This document shows positions 47,269 to 60,927 of a stretch of 64,000 bases of DNA, piece after piece; within the stretch, counting starts at the first letter, position 1, and each line of letters starts with the position of its first letter. The DNA is from Bugula neritina. Taxonomy: Eukaryota > Animalia > Bryozoa. The translations under genes and the position numbers were made by a program. Location: positions 31,557,504 to 31,621,503 of the forward strand of contig OZ037765.1 of assembly GCA_964035545.1 (NCBI GenBank), written 5' to 3'. Below the pieces are notes generated by a model. It was given only the letters and a program-made list of their open reading frames with translations, had not been told where the DNA came from and made no database searches.

Positions 47269-50200
47269 TCAAAGTATTTCGTCTGCACTTTCCTCAAGAA
47301 TAGGAAATGCAGTGAGGTCTAGCGGGACTTCAATGAAGTCTCGATAAGGACGGGGTGTATGCAAACTGCTGGTGGTACTGCAGCTGGCATATGCATTCAA
47401 ATCTTCATCTAGTTTTTCATAGCAACTGCATTCACTAAAAACATGAATGAAGAGATGATTGATCTGCTAACATTGCGTGTTGATGGCAGACATGTACTGT
47501 TATGGTTTTATAACCTGTATAATTTACATGCATATTCTACCTGGAAAGCTCGCTTAACATTTTAGAAAAGCTTCTTCGTTAAGAAATCACCAGGTCAAAT
47601 ATAAAGGAATGATAGCAAAACTTTATATAAATAAAAGCCACAATAAAACATGAACTAAGACTATACTTTTATAACAAAACCGCGCAATTATAAAAGGTTG
47701 AATGTTGAATGACAAACGAAAATTCATTGTCAATTTTAAAAGTGTCGAATCTAAATTTTTGAAATGAGTTGGCACGTTTGCTTGTTTTATTTCATCAAAT
47801 AGTATTTAGAAAAAAATTATAAATTATAAATGATGGGGCCCAATGCCCTATAGCCTAGCTAGTCATACTTTGGCTGGTTTGTCTTTAAAATTTCTAAAAT
47901 GACGTCAACTGTAGAATCTGTACACAAGATTGGACGATAAACTAGTAAACCTAAGAAACCGGTTTCAAACTGAGGAATCCAATTTAAAAATTCACAGTTA
48001 ACTTATACTAACGAGTATTAACGACAAAATATTAACATAGGATATAAGCACTTACAGGGGCTGCGGAGGAGACGAAAGGACACAGTAAGAACAAGGTGAA
48101 GGTCGCAGTTCCACGTCACCAAATATCTGAGAACCGTTCCCATGGCAGTCGAACTCAACCAAGTCTCCAATCAGGGCAGCCGGATCTGAATTCACAGCGT
48201 CACCTGTGTTACACAACACGCATCCGTATACGTCATCATTGTATCTCATATGTTATCATTATTAGTTAGTAAAATACAATACATTGTATATAATGTTATC
48301 ATTACTAGCTAGTAAAACACAATACAAATTTCATGCACTTTGAAAATTGCTCAACTAGATTCAGTATAAGTTGCATCATTAGTATGATTTTTTCAAATTT
48401 GGCAAATGCTATGCAAAACAAGCGACAATACAGACCCTTCAAAACGGAAAGTAATACATTGTTTTTGTTTTGTGTCTGTGAATTTGCTTTATTTTATGAT
48501 GGAAAGTTTATAGTTTCCTCCATCTAGCTAACAGAAAGCTATGCATACTAAAGTGTACGTGCAATATTCAAGTCTGCAAAGGCAATTGTTCCTTACTCAG
48601 GTCAAAACACCTTGTAAAACAATTTGGCTACCACATCACAGAACCTATTTACATGAACTCAACATCAAGTAACAGTCTACTAATGAGCCAAGACCAAACT
48701 GATAGTATTAGTCTCTGTTTACTACGACTAGCTACTCACTGAGTGTTTACTACAACTAGCTACTCACTGAGTGTTTACTACGACTAGCTACTCACCAAGT
48801 GGGTTGAACTTATCCAAACTGTAAACAGTATCAGAAGGAGTTCTACGGAAAGGCTGGTGCCTCTGCTTTTGCTTAGACTTTGGGCAACGATTCTCTTTCA
48901 AGTTTCGACGTCCTCTAAAAACACACAGCAGACAGGAAAAATAACTTGTACCATCATATCTTCAAAAAATTACAGTTTAGTAAAAAAATTATAAAATATG
49001 GTACAAATTCACCGTTATTTAGTAAGCGGTGAGTATGCACTGGAGTATGTCTATAACGGAACCAAGTTATAAAAATCAACGACAGAGCCAGGTTTGATTA
49101 ACAAAGTTTTGTACCTGGTATTACTGCTAGCTGGCGAGGACTTCACGCAGTAAACATATGGCACAGTGCCATCATCAGTCGTTGAGCTGCTGACGTATTC
49201 ACAATACGCTGACGTTGCGTTAGTCGTAACCACACTAGTGGTGAGTATCGTCATCGGGGTTGTGCTGCCAGCCGTGGAGGTCTTTGAGGAAGTCCCAGAA
49301 TATTCATTTTCACTGAAAGACGTTTTCTCTTCTAATTTTCTAAATTTAACTGGAATAGGCGAGACTGAAGTCTCGCAATTAAGAATCCGTACAGTAGGAG
49401 CTGCAGCAGAGTTCACTTGTGTATCTATAAAAACAGTGTCCTCTCTCTGACAATATGTGCTGTGTAGGAATTATGACCCAATTTCTTTGCATTTAAAAGT
49501 TTAGTAAAAGTCACAATGAAATTGTTTTTTCAGAACCATCTGTTATTGGCAGTGAGCTAAAACTGCTAAGGACTACAGATTGCGCTTACTTGCTGGCTTT
49601 CTAATAGATGCAGATGGAGGCCTTCCTCTCACAGTTGGACTTGTGGTACGAAGGCTCTCATTGGTTGATGTGTTTGCATGGGAGTGCACTGGTTGAGTGA
49701 TGAGAGTGTACTGTACGGGTGGGACTGGCTTCACCTCCGTACAAACTACAACAAATGCAGAAACTATATTTTAGGTACACTGGCAATAAACAATATTACT
49801 ATTTAAAGTTATCCCCTCTTTGCATAACAACAATAGCTTTGCATAACATTACTCAACTTCAATACAGGATAATCTCTAAATTATGATAAGAAATATGAAA
49901 TAACAATGTCGATTCTAAACAACTTATGAACAAATAGATATAAACAATAATAAAATTTGTGCTTATGAAAACCTAGAGGTAAGACCCTTTACCAAAGAAT
50001 AAACAAACAGCAGCACAAAATATTTGAAGAGGAGATTTACCTAAACTGTGTGATGACACATGATTTGGATTCAATCTCACGACCACAGAGGAGTTAGATT
50101 GGTTAGTCAGGGGTGACTTGTTAGTCGTGTTTCCTGAAAGAGTATTAGTAGAGATTTGAGGGGCGATACTGATAGCAGACTGACTCAAGGAACTTGTAGC

Positions 50201-51708
50201 AAATCCAAATCTCGTCCACAATGACAAATCAGCAAAAGGCTCGGCCCTCCTTTTTCTAGAAGGTTGTGGACGATACACCCATCCTGAAAAGCAGCAGAGC
50301 GCTTGAAGGTCAACATGTTGTAAATCAATATATCACCAAATCTATTTGAATGTTAAAAAGAGCTTTGAAAGATACAATTCACGCAATGATACATTAGAAA
50401 GTTTTGATAAATGAACACAATTTGATTGTTAGAGTAACGAAAATTCCAAAAATACAATCGGAAATTAAAATATTTTTTATTATAAATTACAATCAAATAC
50501 CTGGATTGTCAAGTTTATGTTTCGTCTTTATTCTCTCAGCTTCTTCATAGAAAGGTTTCTTCTCATCATTGGTCAACTCATTCCAAACTTGTCCGAGTTT
50601 AACACTAATCTCGGCGTTGTTGGCATTCGGCAGCCGATTGGCTAACTTTGGCCGGTATTCGCGTGCCCATACCATAAACGCATTCATTGGACGTTTAACA
50701 TTCCCGCTGCGATTAACATTGCTAGCTCCTGGAGTTTTATAGGTCAAACTCGTACCTGCAGCAGACATTAAGCCTGTGGGCAGACAATTACACACTTGGG
50801 TAACATAAATGTTTGAATAACTCAGTTACTTACACAAACTAAACAATATACAAATAAGCAGTTTTTAAATCTTTTCAATAATTAATAAATAATATAATAC
50901 AAACTATGCAGTTAGTTATGTACAACAGTAAGAACAAAATATGCAAATTATAAAAAAAATTAACGTTACAGACTCAAACAAAAAATTGAACAAATAGAGA
51001 AAAATAAGTGCTCTGTATGATATTCCCACCTGGCAAGACATTTTTGGTAGACAGAGGACTGGTACAAGTAGCAACTGATCTGGTAACGTCTGCGTGAGAG
51101 GATAAAAAGTTATGACTGGTTAAGGAAGAAGTAAAAGATGATGACAGCAAGCCAAGAGATGAGCGAGTACTGTCAGAGAGAGATGCATAAGATGATGAGG
51201 GATTATGAGTCAGACTATTGTCACTGTTAGCAGCTACCGTCAGCGGCTGACTAGAGAAGATGTCACTAGGAAACCTCCGTTCAGGCTTCAGAGGCGAGTA
51301 CGGAAAAGACGAATTGACTGGTTCAAATTTGAATATGTCAGCGAGTTGATCACAACTTACATAATTGGGCTGCGAATTAAAAAATTCAGGTAAAACCAAA
51401 TTCTCATTCTGAACACCTTCTGATTCTGAGATGCCATCTAGAAGTCCAATTTCTGCTGGTGAAACTAAAATATTCTTTCAAGTATAAATCAATGTGTTGT
51501 AGAAAATCTAAGTAAAATATATATATCTAAATACAAACATTACTCTAGCAAAATTATATTTAAGTATTATCAATAATTATAAAGAAAACAATAAACACAG
51601 GGATTGCAAATTTTTTTCAAAATAGCTTTGAAAAGGTAAGAAGGATACTCAACCTAGATTGTCTAAATAATTGATATATTCTTCCTGAAACTCTGCCATG
51701 ACGTGCAT
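47269..51708 (-). CDS. SoxH: Sox HMG-box transcription factor, group H (Sox30-like), 9 coding exons
   Basis: [20 protein letters not shown]...[14 protein letters not shown]...[12 protein letters not shown]....PG|WVY matches SOX30 signature; phase-compatible exons 51708-51654, 51464-51030, 50773-50501, 50283-50041, 49745-49590, 49425-49114, 48914-48796, 48203-48056, 47434-47269 (approx.). Confidence 0.85.
48716..48796. repeat. Three 30-bp tandem repeats duplicating a GTGAGT donor in a SoxH intron
   Basis: TGTTTACTAC(G/A)ACTAGCTACTCACTGAG units. Confidence 0.85.
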
Positions 51709-54370
51709 CAAACTTATTAAACTTATTAAAATCTTGAAATTAAGTGGAAAAAACCACCAAATATCAGCTATGCATAGTATTCATTCCATTGAAATATCTT
51801 GGATGCATTTTAAAATTTTTTACAAGCATTGTACTACAGAGAAAAATAATACTGATATATAGTTTCAAATAGATCAATTACTTTTTATAATGAATATGTT
51901 TGCACTAACACACTGTTACTAATAAATATAATTCCTACATTCTATTAATTAGCAGTGAAATAAATAAGAATAGCTATACTAGTTGCATGGGTAGTTATCA
52001 CCTAATATTATCTTTAGTATACCTAAACCGCATGCTGCGACTAGCAATTAAAATGCTAAAATATTTACCTTTAATGATTCTGTTTTAAGAAGAGAGAGTG
52101 AAAACTCAACTCGGGCATTTTCCAAGTGGCCCAAGTCTTCCTTGCAATCATTGCAACCAGTCACACATGCTAAAAATGTAAATAATATTGTGATATGATG
52201 CTTAAGGGAGGCTAAATTTTATTTAAAAAAAATTAAATTGCAATAAAATGCCTTTAATACCAATGCACTTAAAATATTGTGTATACAAAGTATCATAGCA
52301 AAAGAACTTATAAGTATAGTTGTATTTATCAATACTGTTTAGTATGTCATTCGACTATAAATAGTTGAGCATTCAAATTTATGTTGCATAACTTCAACAA
52401 AACCAATCCAGCAAGTTATATTTGTTAGCATATAAAAATTTACTAATAATAAAGCTTCCTAATTTCAAAGCTTCAATAATAATTGAGTTTTGGTTACTTT
52501 TGTCTAAAAAGCAGCACTGCATAGTTTCAATTTCTATTTTATATGATGAACTACAATCAACCACACAAGTCTTTTCATGAGTTGATAGTTATTTAAATTC
52601 TGTAGAATGATAGTCAAGTAAGTACTACTCCATGTCAAATAAATAAACTGCACAGCCAAAATTTTACTAACTGCTAAAGGAAGAAGTGATACAAAATAGT
52701 GATGAAATTAAAAGATCCATTGCCACAATATTTTCCTCCCACGTTAAGTTAGACATTTAATGTAGCAGAAATGCTGTCTTACCACAATTAATTGTAATGT
52801 TTTACTTCACGTGCAATTTAATTTAATATTAAAACAACACAATGAATATGATACTCACAAAAAATATTAGCCAGTATTAGTTATAATATAAAAATGGATA
52901 AAAATTACATTTATAGTGATAAAGCAGACTGAGTCAAATTCACATTGACTTAATTACCTAAACCCATGACCCAAGCTAATTTGGTAAAGCAGTAATTGGA
53001 TTTGATTAGCAGATCTAAAGCTAGTGTGCTTGACAATTTCAAATTACTATTATATTCTAATGCTGAATTACTAAAATAAATGCAGTTTTAAATTTCCGAC
53101 TTTTATTAAATTAGTAAGTAACCATATTAATAGTAATAGTAATACTCGTAGTAATCGTTATAGTAATTTAAGTAATAGTTACACTTATAGTAATACTAAT
53201 AGTAATAGTGAAATACTAACAGTTGGAAATAATCAGACATAGTTTTACCTTCTAACTAGTTTTGGATTCAAACTAAAACTAATAGTACTACTAATAGTAC
53301 TACTAATACTAATAGTAATACTATTACTATCACTATGAGTATGACTATGTTCATTGGCTTGACTTAAAAATGTAGAACTGCAATTGCAAGGCCAAGTGCA
53401 AGCCAATTTGAATTTGTCTTGTAATTTGAAGTTGAATTTATTCTTAAATTAAAAGTTAAAAATTAAAATACATAAAGGGAATTTAAGCCAACTTTAATAG
53501 TTGCCTTCCCAGGACAATCAGAGACCTTAGCGTTACTGTTAGAATATCTGAAGTCACGCCTTCATAACATTAACACTCCTCTGCGAAGGTCTCCCCTTCG
53601 CTCTCGAGGGTCTAGAGACCCAACACAAATACAAATTAAGCCAAATTACTAGATGCACATTTGACTTTAATATGCATATGAGTACTTACAATAGTATTAT
53701 TGCACTTTGATCACTATTAGTTTATAAACACTCCGGTTATTAATAATAAGTGAATTGGTCACACTAGCTTATTTTAAGGAAACAAACAAAATACGAAATT
53801 ATTTGAACCAAAGTAATTATAGTCCTACATATATAAGTAACATCGAAAATCGACGTTTAAATTCAATTAATAAACGATGCTAATGTACAAGGATATCAGG
53901 CTACATCATGCAGTTTCGTTTCCGCCAGTCGCATCATTTTGTAATCATATTCATACTGATGCTGATGTTGGTGTTCAGTTATGAGTAATCAGTAATGACT
54001 TATTAAATGACCCTTCTGCGTCTGGCTTTGCAGTAAATCTCACAGCCCCTAGTCAAATTTAATACTTATGTTAGTCTTCTCAGTTTACAATTTTGGGTTT
54101 ACAAGGGATTTATTTTGTGCACTTTGACTTAGTCTAGTGACTCATAGTCATACTCATACTCTTGACTCATACTCATAGTCATAGTGATAGTGAGTTAGTC
54201 TTACTCTTACTCTTAGTCTTAGTTTTACTCTTAGGGTTACTGTTTCACTTACATGCGAGTTGAAATATCTATTTTTAGAGATCACTTTGAGTTTGACTTT
54301 CATCATATTAATCATTCGTGTGCTACAAGTCCTATTTCAACACTGGAAGTAGATAGCCATATTCGTAATG

Positions 54371-57300
54371 ATGGGAATTTCCAGCAGCAGTGAAAGTGAA
54401 GACGATGACCATGAAGTAGACCCTTTGGCTTTCGACTCTTCATCTTGGGAGAGCAGTTCTGATGCGAGCAGTGAACTTTCCAACACATCTGTAAATTAAA
54501 AACTGTTCTATTTCTTACCAAACTAATCCCATTATTGAGATTATTACTAAAATTTTACATGCAAATATCAGTGTAAAACTAAATAATAAAATGACGGTGC
54601 ATATAAGTTAAGTTTGAGTATATAAATATGAGCTCGTGTCCATTCAATATGTTAAACAAATTGAAATTATAGTGAACTAGGCGCAACTAATAGTACCACT
54701 GAGCAGCTAGAAATTAGACAGTAATACCTGTCAATTTGAAAGCAGTTGTGCAGTTGACAAACTAGAACTGGCATAGCTACATTCTAAATTTGATGAGACT
54801 TTTGAGTATTTAAATTAAATTTTCTTGAAATAAAACCTGAAATTTGATTGTCATAAAAATTACCTTTATTCTTGAAGAAATCAAGTTATATGTTGGAAAC
54901 ATATATATGGTAATGAATATTTTTATGCCCTACTTTGAAGTCATCATTTAAATTGAAATGGCTTATCACTGGAAAATTATTTGCCTTCTCAACAATGAAT
55001 TGACAGAAAACTGTATGAGTTAAAAGCATCTTCAAGCTTCTGTTTTATTTAGATTTTAGTTTTTATTTTCTCAGTATATCCTTTTCTATAATTGACCTCT
55101 GTTTTCAACTTTGTACATTCTACTGATTCATCACTCAGAAATGTTTTCATGTCTACAGAACAACTTGATGTTTATAAACATTTAGGCTGTACCCACCAAA
55201 GAAGAACTCGAGCCAGTAACTAGTCGTTCAGCAGAAGGTTTGTCTGTTTCACCTGCACCATAGTATAGTAGCTTTGCATGTTGAAGGTCTGTTTAGTTGA
55301 CGTTATATGATAGTTCTGTAAAATACTATAAGGATATTTATTGTAGAAAATTTACATGCTTGGAATATAATATAACTTGGTAGCTGGTCTTGCTTACCAG
55401 ATTTGATTTTAAAAGCTTAAAATAAGTTCATTATATGTATTTGAAAAAGTTTAGTATCATTTAGTGTTGTTATTGGATGTTCAGGCAAAATCAACATGGA
55501 TACTGTGACTGACCTACGTGTGTTGTTTAATGACGGCGTACTCAAGACTCTTGGATCAGTAAGTTCAAAGTAAGTGAACTTTCTATCTGTGATAACTATA
55601 TGAAGTTTGTATTAGATATTAGAATCGAAAAATTCATTCAAATAATGCAAAGCAATGGAAGTGTGGTGTATATATTATTGGGACAGTTGGTATAACGCAT
55701 GATTTTGGATTTGAATGGCCATCGGTTTAGTTATTTTGCTGATCAGATTTATCTAATATCTTTTCACTTTTGATTATTAAATTTTGATATTAAATTCCAT
55801 GACTAGTTGCACTGTGTTATTGCACACAAAAACATGTATACATACATGTATGGCTGTTTTGCTTGCAGAGATGATGCTGGTGCCAACATACTGTCACATC
55901 ACAAGTCCAAGTTACTTTCCTGGCTGAGTGACTTGAACATGCCAAGTCCAGAGGTTTGTATTTCATCAAGTGACTAGTTGTATTTGACTTTTGTGTTATA
56001 TAGGTACTTCATTGTATAATGGTTTGTTTGTAGAGTTTAATATCCCAAGAAGCATTTTGTGATGTTCTAGCTAGTAGAGGTGTGAACAGAGAAGATGCCC
56101 TAGAAGTCTTCAGCAGGCATGTTCTACCTGAAAATTGCTAGATGCAGCACCGAGTTGGTGGTCACGGATTACAGTAGTTCAGGGTCTTGAGTTTGAAGTT
56201 GGGGGCTCAGAGCTCCCTAAACCCAACTCTGTGCTGCTTCAAGCAACTTTCGTTCTGCCTAGTTTAATGGTACTATGCATTATCAATGTACATTTATATA
56301 CTTTGTCTTTATTCTCAAACACTGTTATGTTAGTCCATGTATTGTGTACTGTGACCGTCATATAGGAGCAAGCATTTGGTAGAGTTGACCTCCCTGTATG
56401 TTCAGCAAGATAACATTGTGAAATTTGGTTACATGAGTATATTACTAGGCTACTTGGATGGGATAATAATTATTGAACATACACATGGTACAACGGGGTG
56501 TGAGGCTCGCTTGTACATGCTCTGTTTTATTCTCTATCAGGTTTGACACAGAAGGAGTGGGTAAGGCAGAGTTTGAGGTTATCCAGGAGGGTATAAAACG
56601 CCCCTTTGAGGATCAGGAGCACGGGGAGATATCCTACCGCACTCGTATTCTTCAAGGATGCCCATCACTTCCTGGTAAACACTTGAATTTGCTTTTATTT
56701 GTTTGTAATTAGAATTTGCACTTGGTAAGCCTGTATTAATAGTGTTGATTTATATGGATCAAACACTAATTCATTAGCTGCTACATATAAAATAGAGTGC
56801 TTATATCCCCGGGGTATATGAGTACAATTATACAATTAGTGGGAGGAGCTTACAACATACACAAAGATCATTTTGCTGCAGACTTAATACTACTGCTATG
56901 AAAAGCATGCCTTTACCCGGGGGGGGGGGGGGGCAGCAAATCCACTTGTAATTTGTCACTCATTCTGACTCAGTTACTCCTTTATTATTCCAACACTGCT
57001 TGTTAAACTTCATCACAAAGACTTTTACTAAAAATGTGTTGTAAATTTTCATTAGTTTTGTTTATTAAATCACGTGTTTGTCGTTTTAGGTTTTGTTGAC
57101 GTGTTCTCAAAGACGGACACAAGTTCGAAACATGCTACAAAACTACTCCACGTATGTTTACCCTCACTATTTCATCTAGATGGTTCTATACTTGTATACT
57201 GAAAGCTTTTGGTTAGTAGATGTAGCTGTGGCGATCGTCTTTTATTTTGGTCGTATGTGTTTAGTTCCTCCTGAGAAATCGAGCGCCGGCATCAAATTTC

Positions 57301-60300
57301 AGTCTACCAATGCTGACGGGACTGGAAGACACCATTCAGCTGAGGAGGAAGGTGGCCACTATGATTCTTAGTCGCATGCAGAAAGGTACCTTCTTCACCT
57401 CTACATGTGTTGTACTATTAGACATGCTTTGTTGTGCTGGTGGTGTTTGAGAAGAATAGTGAGTCTATGAAAACTATTAGAAAGATGTTTTACTGTGTGT
57501 TGTTTTATGTATATAGAGTAACGAGGCTCAGTGGTGACACTGAACTGTCTTTTAGGAGTTGAAGAAATTCTGGAAAATAAAGCAAGCAGTGCTATCAATG
57601 GCCATTAGGCAGTGTTATCGCCGTCTCATTGGCTGTGAGGCAGTGTTACCAGTGCTTTTATTGGCCATGAGTAGTTAATTTAGGAACTTTCATTTTGCTT
57701 TTTTAAAACATTAATTTGATGACTTGGTACCTCAGTCAAGCCTGCACTTAGTATTAAGTACACAATTATAAATAATGTACTCAAATATTTTGTACGGGAC
57801 TTGCATGAAGGTATACCTCATAAATTGTTTGTTGGTGTTTTTGTCTATGCTAACATGGCATCTTAGCGAAAAGCCGCTAAAATATACAATTGATGGTTTT
57901 CTTTCCAGACATGAAAGAGAACGAGGAGAGTAAGCTGTTCTCCCAAGAAAGTTCCAGTGATGTGAAGGTCACTGGTAAACCATACTCTTCCATAGAAGTA
58001 TCAAGTAATGAGAGCAATGCATTCAAGTTAACGGACGGCAACTCGGCCAGCTGCTGGCAGTCTGATGGCCCAGCCCGGTCTCACTGGATCAGGTGGGCCA
58101 TTCATCCGAGAACACAACTTCAAGTTTAAAATAGATTCTCTTTTTCAAATCTTTTAAGAAAAGAATTGGCAACCTTTCTAAACTCACCATATTAGTGGAA
58201 TGTTAGACTGGCATAACTCTGAAAGTATAAGATGCAGCTGAAAATATTTCAAAAACCTTTGCCAGCGTTATTATTAATAAAACAAATACACATGTTGGCC
58301 CTTCACTCCTTGCCCCTTTACTAGATGTTTTAGTAATATTCTGCACTCACACAGCAAGTTACTGAGCATATAAACTGTCATTCAATTACACCACGTAAAA
58401 TCAGCCAATCATGAAGCAGCCAGCTGTAGCACCTCCAGCCTGTCTCTGGTTTAGAACTTGAATGGACAAATTGTTTGTGAGGGGAAAGATGATTTATATT
58501 GATTACTCTCTGTTGAGTTGTGATAACTGTGCGTGTGTTAGAATGTAAACTCCAACTGTTGTCTAAAACTGTACATCTGAATATAAACTATTTCATTATG
58601 GTGGTACATGTATTTACATTAACAGCTAGAACGCTGTGAAAACAATGCTGTGGTTAGACAACGGTATATAAATGCCACAATTTTTTCTTTTCTTTGAGGC
58701 AGCATTTATCCAAAATGCTCCATAACCTTCACTGCTATGGTTGGTAAAAGCGGAATAATTCAAATGTGATTTTATAAATGATGTGCATTTATTAAAGCTA
58801 TTAAAGTTGTTTTGTCACTGGTCACTTGTTCATATTACTTGAACGCTGATTCTAAACAATTTGTTGTTAGAAGCCAAACTGCTCAAAAGAGATATAAGTG
58901 AGGTTTTTTAAACTCTAAATTCACAGCTCATTTTTGCTTTCCCTCATCAGTGGATTTGTCTTTTTTCAATGTCAGGGGTTCAGTGTATATTATATACGTA
59001 CTCTTTACTATCCTAAAGTCTAAACATCCATAGATAGTAGAATAGCTATAAAGAAACTGCTTTTATAGTTCTTGTCCAATCTTTGTCAAAACTGGCTTTA
59101 AAACCCTTTATTTAGTGACCATTCTGTACATTCAGGCATGCTGTAAAGTGTAACACGTTTATCAGGAAGTGAGATGATGTGTACATATGATGAGTACATA
59201 CTAGTAAATTTGAATAACCCTATTAACGCTTTTTTTACAACTGTAGGGTGCTTTGTTGAAGGTTATTATATTACGCAACACACTACTAAGGACTAGTTGT
59301 CTTTTAACATTAATATCTTTATTGTGCTTCAGCTTATCTACTAATATGACTGCATAATGTTAAGGTGTGAATTATTGCAGAGTTTTTCTTGAAATATTAA
59401 CAAACCCAGCATTGTTTTAGTCACAAAGGATTAGTATAATAGCTTTATTATATAACGTTCTAAACATTTATTAAAAGCTATTTGAATGGTTTTGTTCACA
59501 CTTTTAAGTAAAAAAATAAAATTTCCAATTTCAACTTACATCTGTACAGATTTGACTGAGTGGTAAACATGGTTTGACCAATTCAATATGCATTGTGTAA
59601 ACATTGAGGCTTGCAGTTTTCTAAAATAAAAAATAGCTGTATATTCGGAAAGGGGTTGGAGAGAGTATATTAAAATACTTGGGATTTTCAAGTGTGAAAT
59701 CAAAATAGTTGGTAGTTGGAGTTATGGAGTTATCCACCCTACTATGTTGTGCGTTGTTGAGAGTTTCCAATACTCTGTCAACCTAATGATGTAAAAGCTG
59801 ACAAACCTATTTCATAAGACTACTTATTTCAGAGCTAGTTCAGCAAAAGAAATGTTTCGTTTTATTGCAGGTTGAACATGAAGAAAAATGTCATAGTGAA
59901 GCAATTGTTTATATACGTGGCATCGGGGGACCAGAGCTATATGCCCCAAGAGTTGATGGTTTTAGGTGGTAAGAAACACAAGCTAAAAGAAATAAAAGAT
60001 GTGAAGATACCTTCCACTGTGAACGGTGCTGTGCTCCTGGTAGAGAATTTGAAAGTTTACTATCCAAGTGAGTGTATTCTACAGCTACAGGATGTATTCT
60101 ACAGCTACAGGGTATTGTACAACTACAGGATGTATTCTACAGCTACAGGGTGTATTCTACAGCTATAGGGTGTATTCTACAGCTACAGGGTGTATTCTAC
60201 AGCTGCAGGGTGTATTCTACAGCTACAGGGTGTATTCTACTGCTACAGTATGCCACTACAGCTACAGGATTTATGTATTGCTCACACTTTGCCGTAAAAC

Positions 60301-60878
60301 CATATACAAATCTGTTCAATAACATTTTGGAAGGTTCTAGTTGTTTTGCGTTCCTAGAAACACATGGTTTTCTTTGATACAAACAAAGAATAACAAAGCA
60401 GACTGAAATTCTCAGGCAGTATATAAAGAATAGTGTTATTCTATGACACATTCATGTATAATTTGTTACATATCATGTAGTTGTATAATATGGCATACAT
60501 AATTTATGTAATATACATGTGTAATAGCTATTGTTGAGGGAGTAGTTAAGATTCAGCTGGTAGCTATTGTTTAGCAAGGATGATGAATCACACTTTAACT
60601 GTAGCAGTGTCCAGATGAAGGTTTTGAAGGCCTTTGCCATGTGTAAATCAACAGTCAACACTCTATTTAATAGTTTGTCAAAAAGCCTTCTTTACCATCC
60701 GGGTTTTTTAAGAGTTGTATCGCTCACATTGCTCACATTGCAGTAGTTTATATCCTTCTACTCTTGTAGTTATACAGATCAATGTAAAGCGCTGTCATAG
60801 CGATGGGTGTGATGTCAGAATCCACATGGTCAAAGTCTCCGGAATAAGGTATGTATATATTATACTCTAAGTGTGTGA

Positions 60879-60927
<49 letters not shown>

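Noticed and set aside
48716-48796. Alternative SoxH donors created by the 30-bp repeat
   Set aside because: Extension reads GGT GAG TAG, an in-frame stop, so it would only truncate the protein
53583-53616. Helitron 3' end (GCGAAGG/CCTTCGC hairpin followed by CTAG)
   Set aside because: CTAG is followed by A rather than T and no matching 5' TC end or second copy is evident
56805-56933. Small MITE bounded by CCCCGGGGTA / TACCCGGGG with a poly-G run
   Set aside because: Inverted match is short and imperfect and no TSD is seen
60068-60451. Repetitive ORFs or CRISPR-like array
   Set aside because: Head-to-tail 20-bp intronic minisatellite with no unique spacers, in a eukaryotic gene
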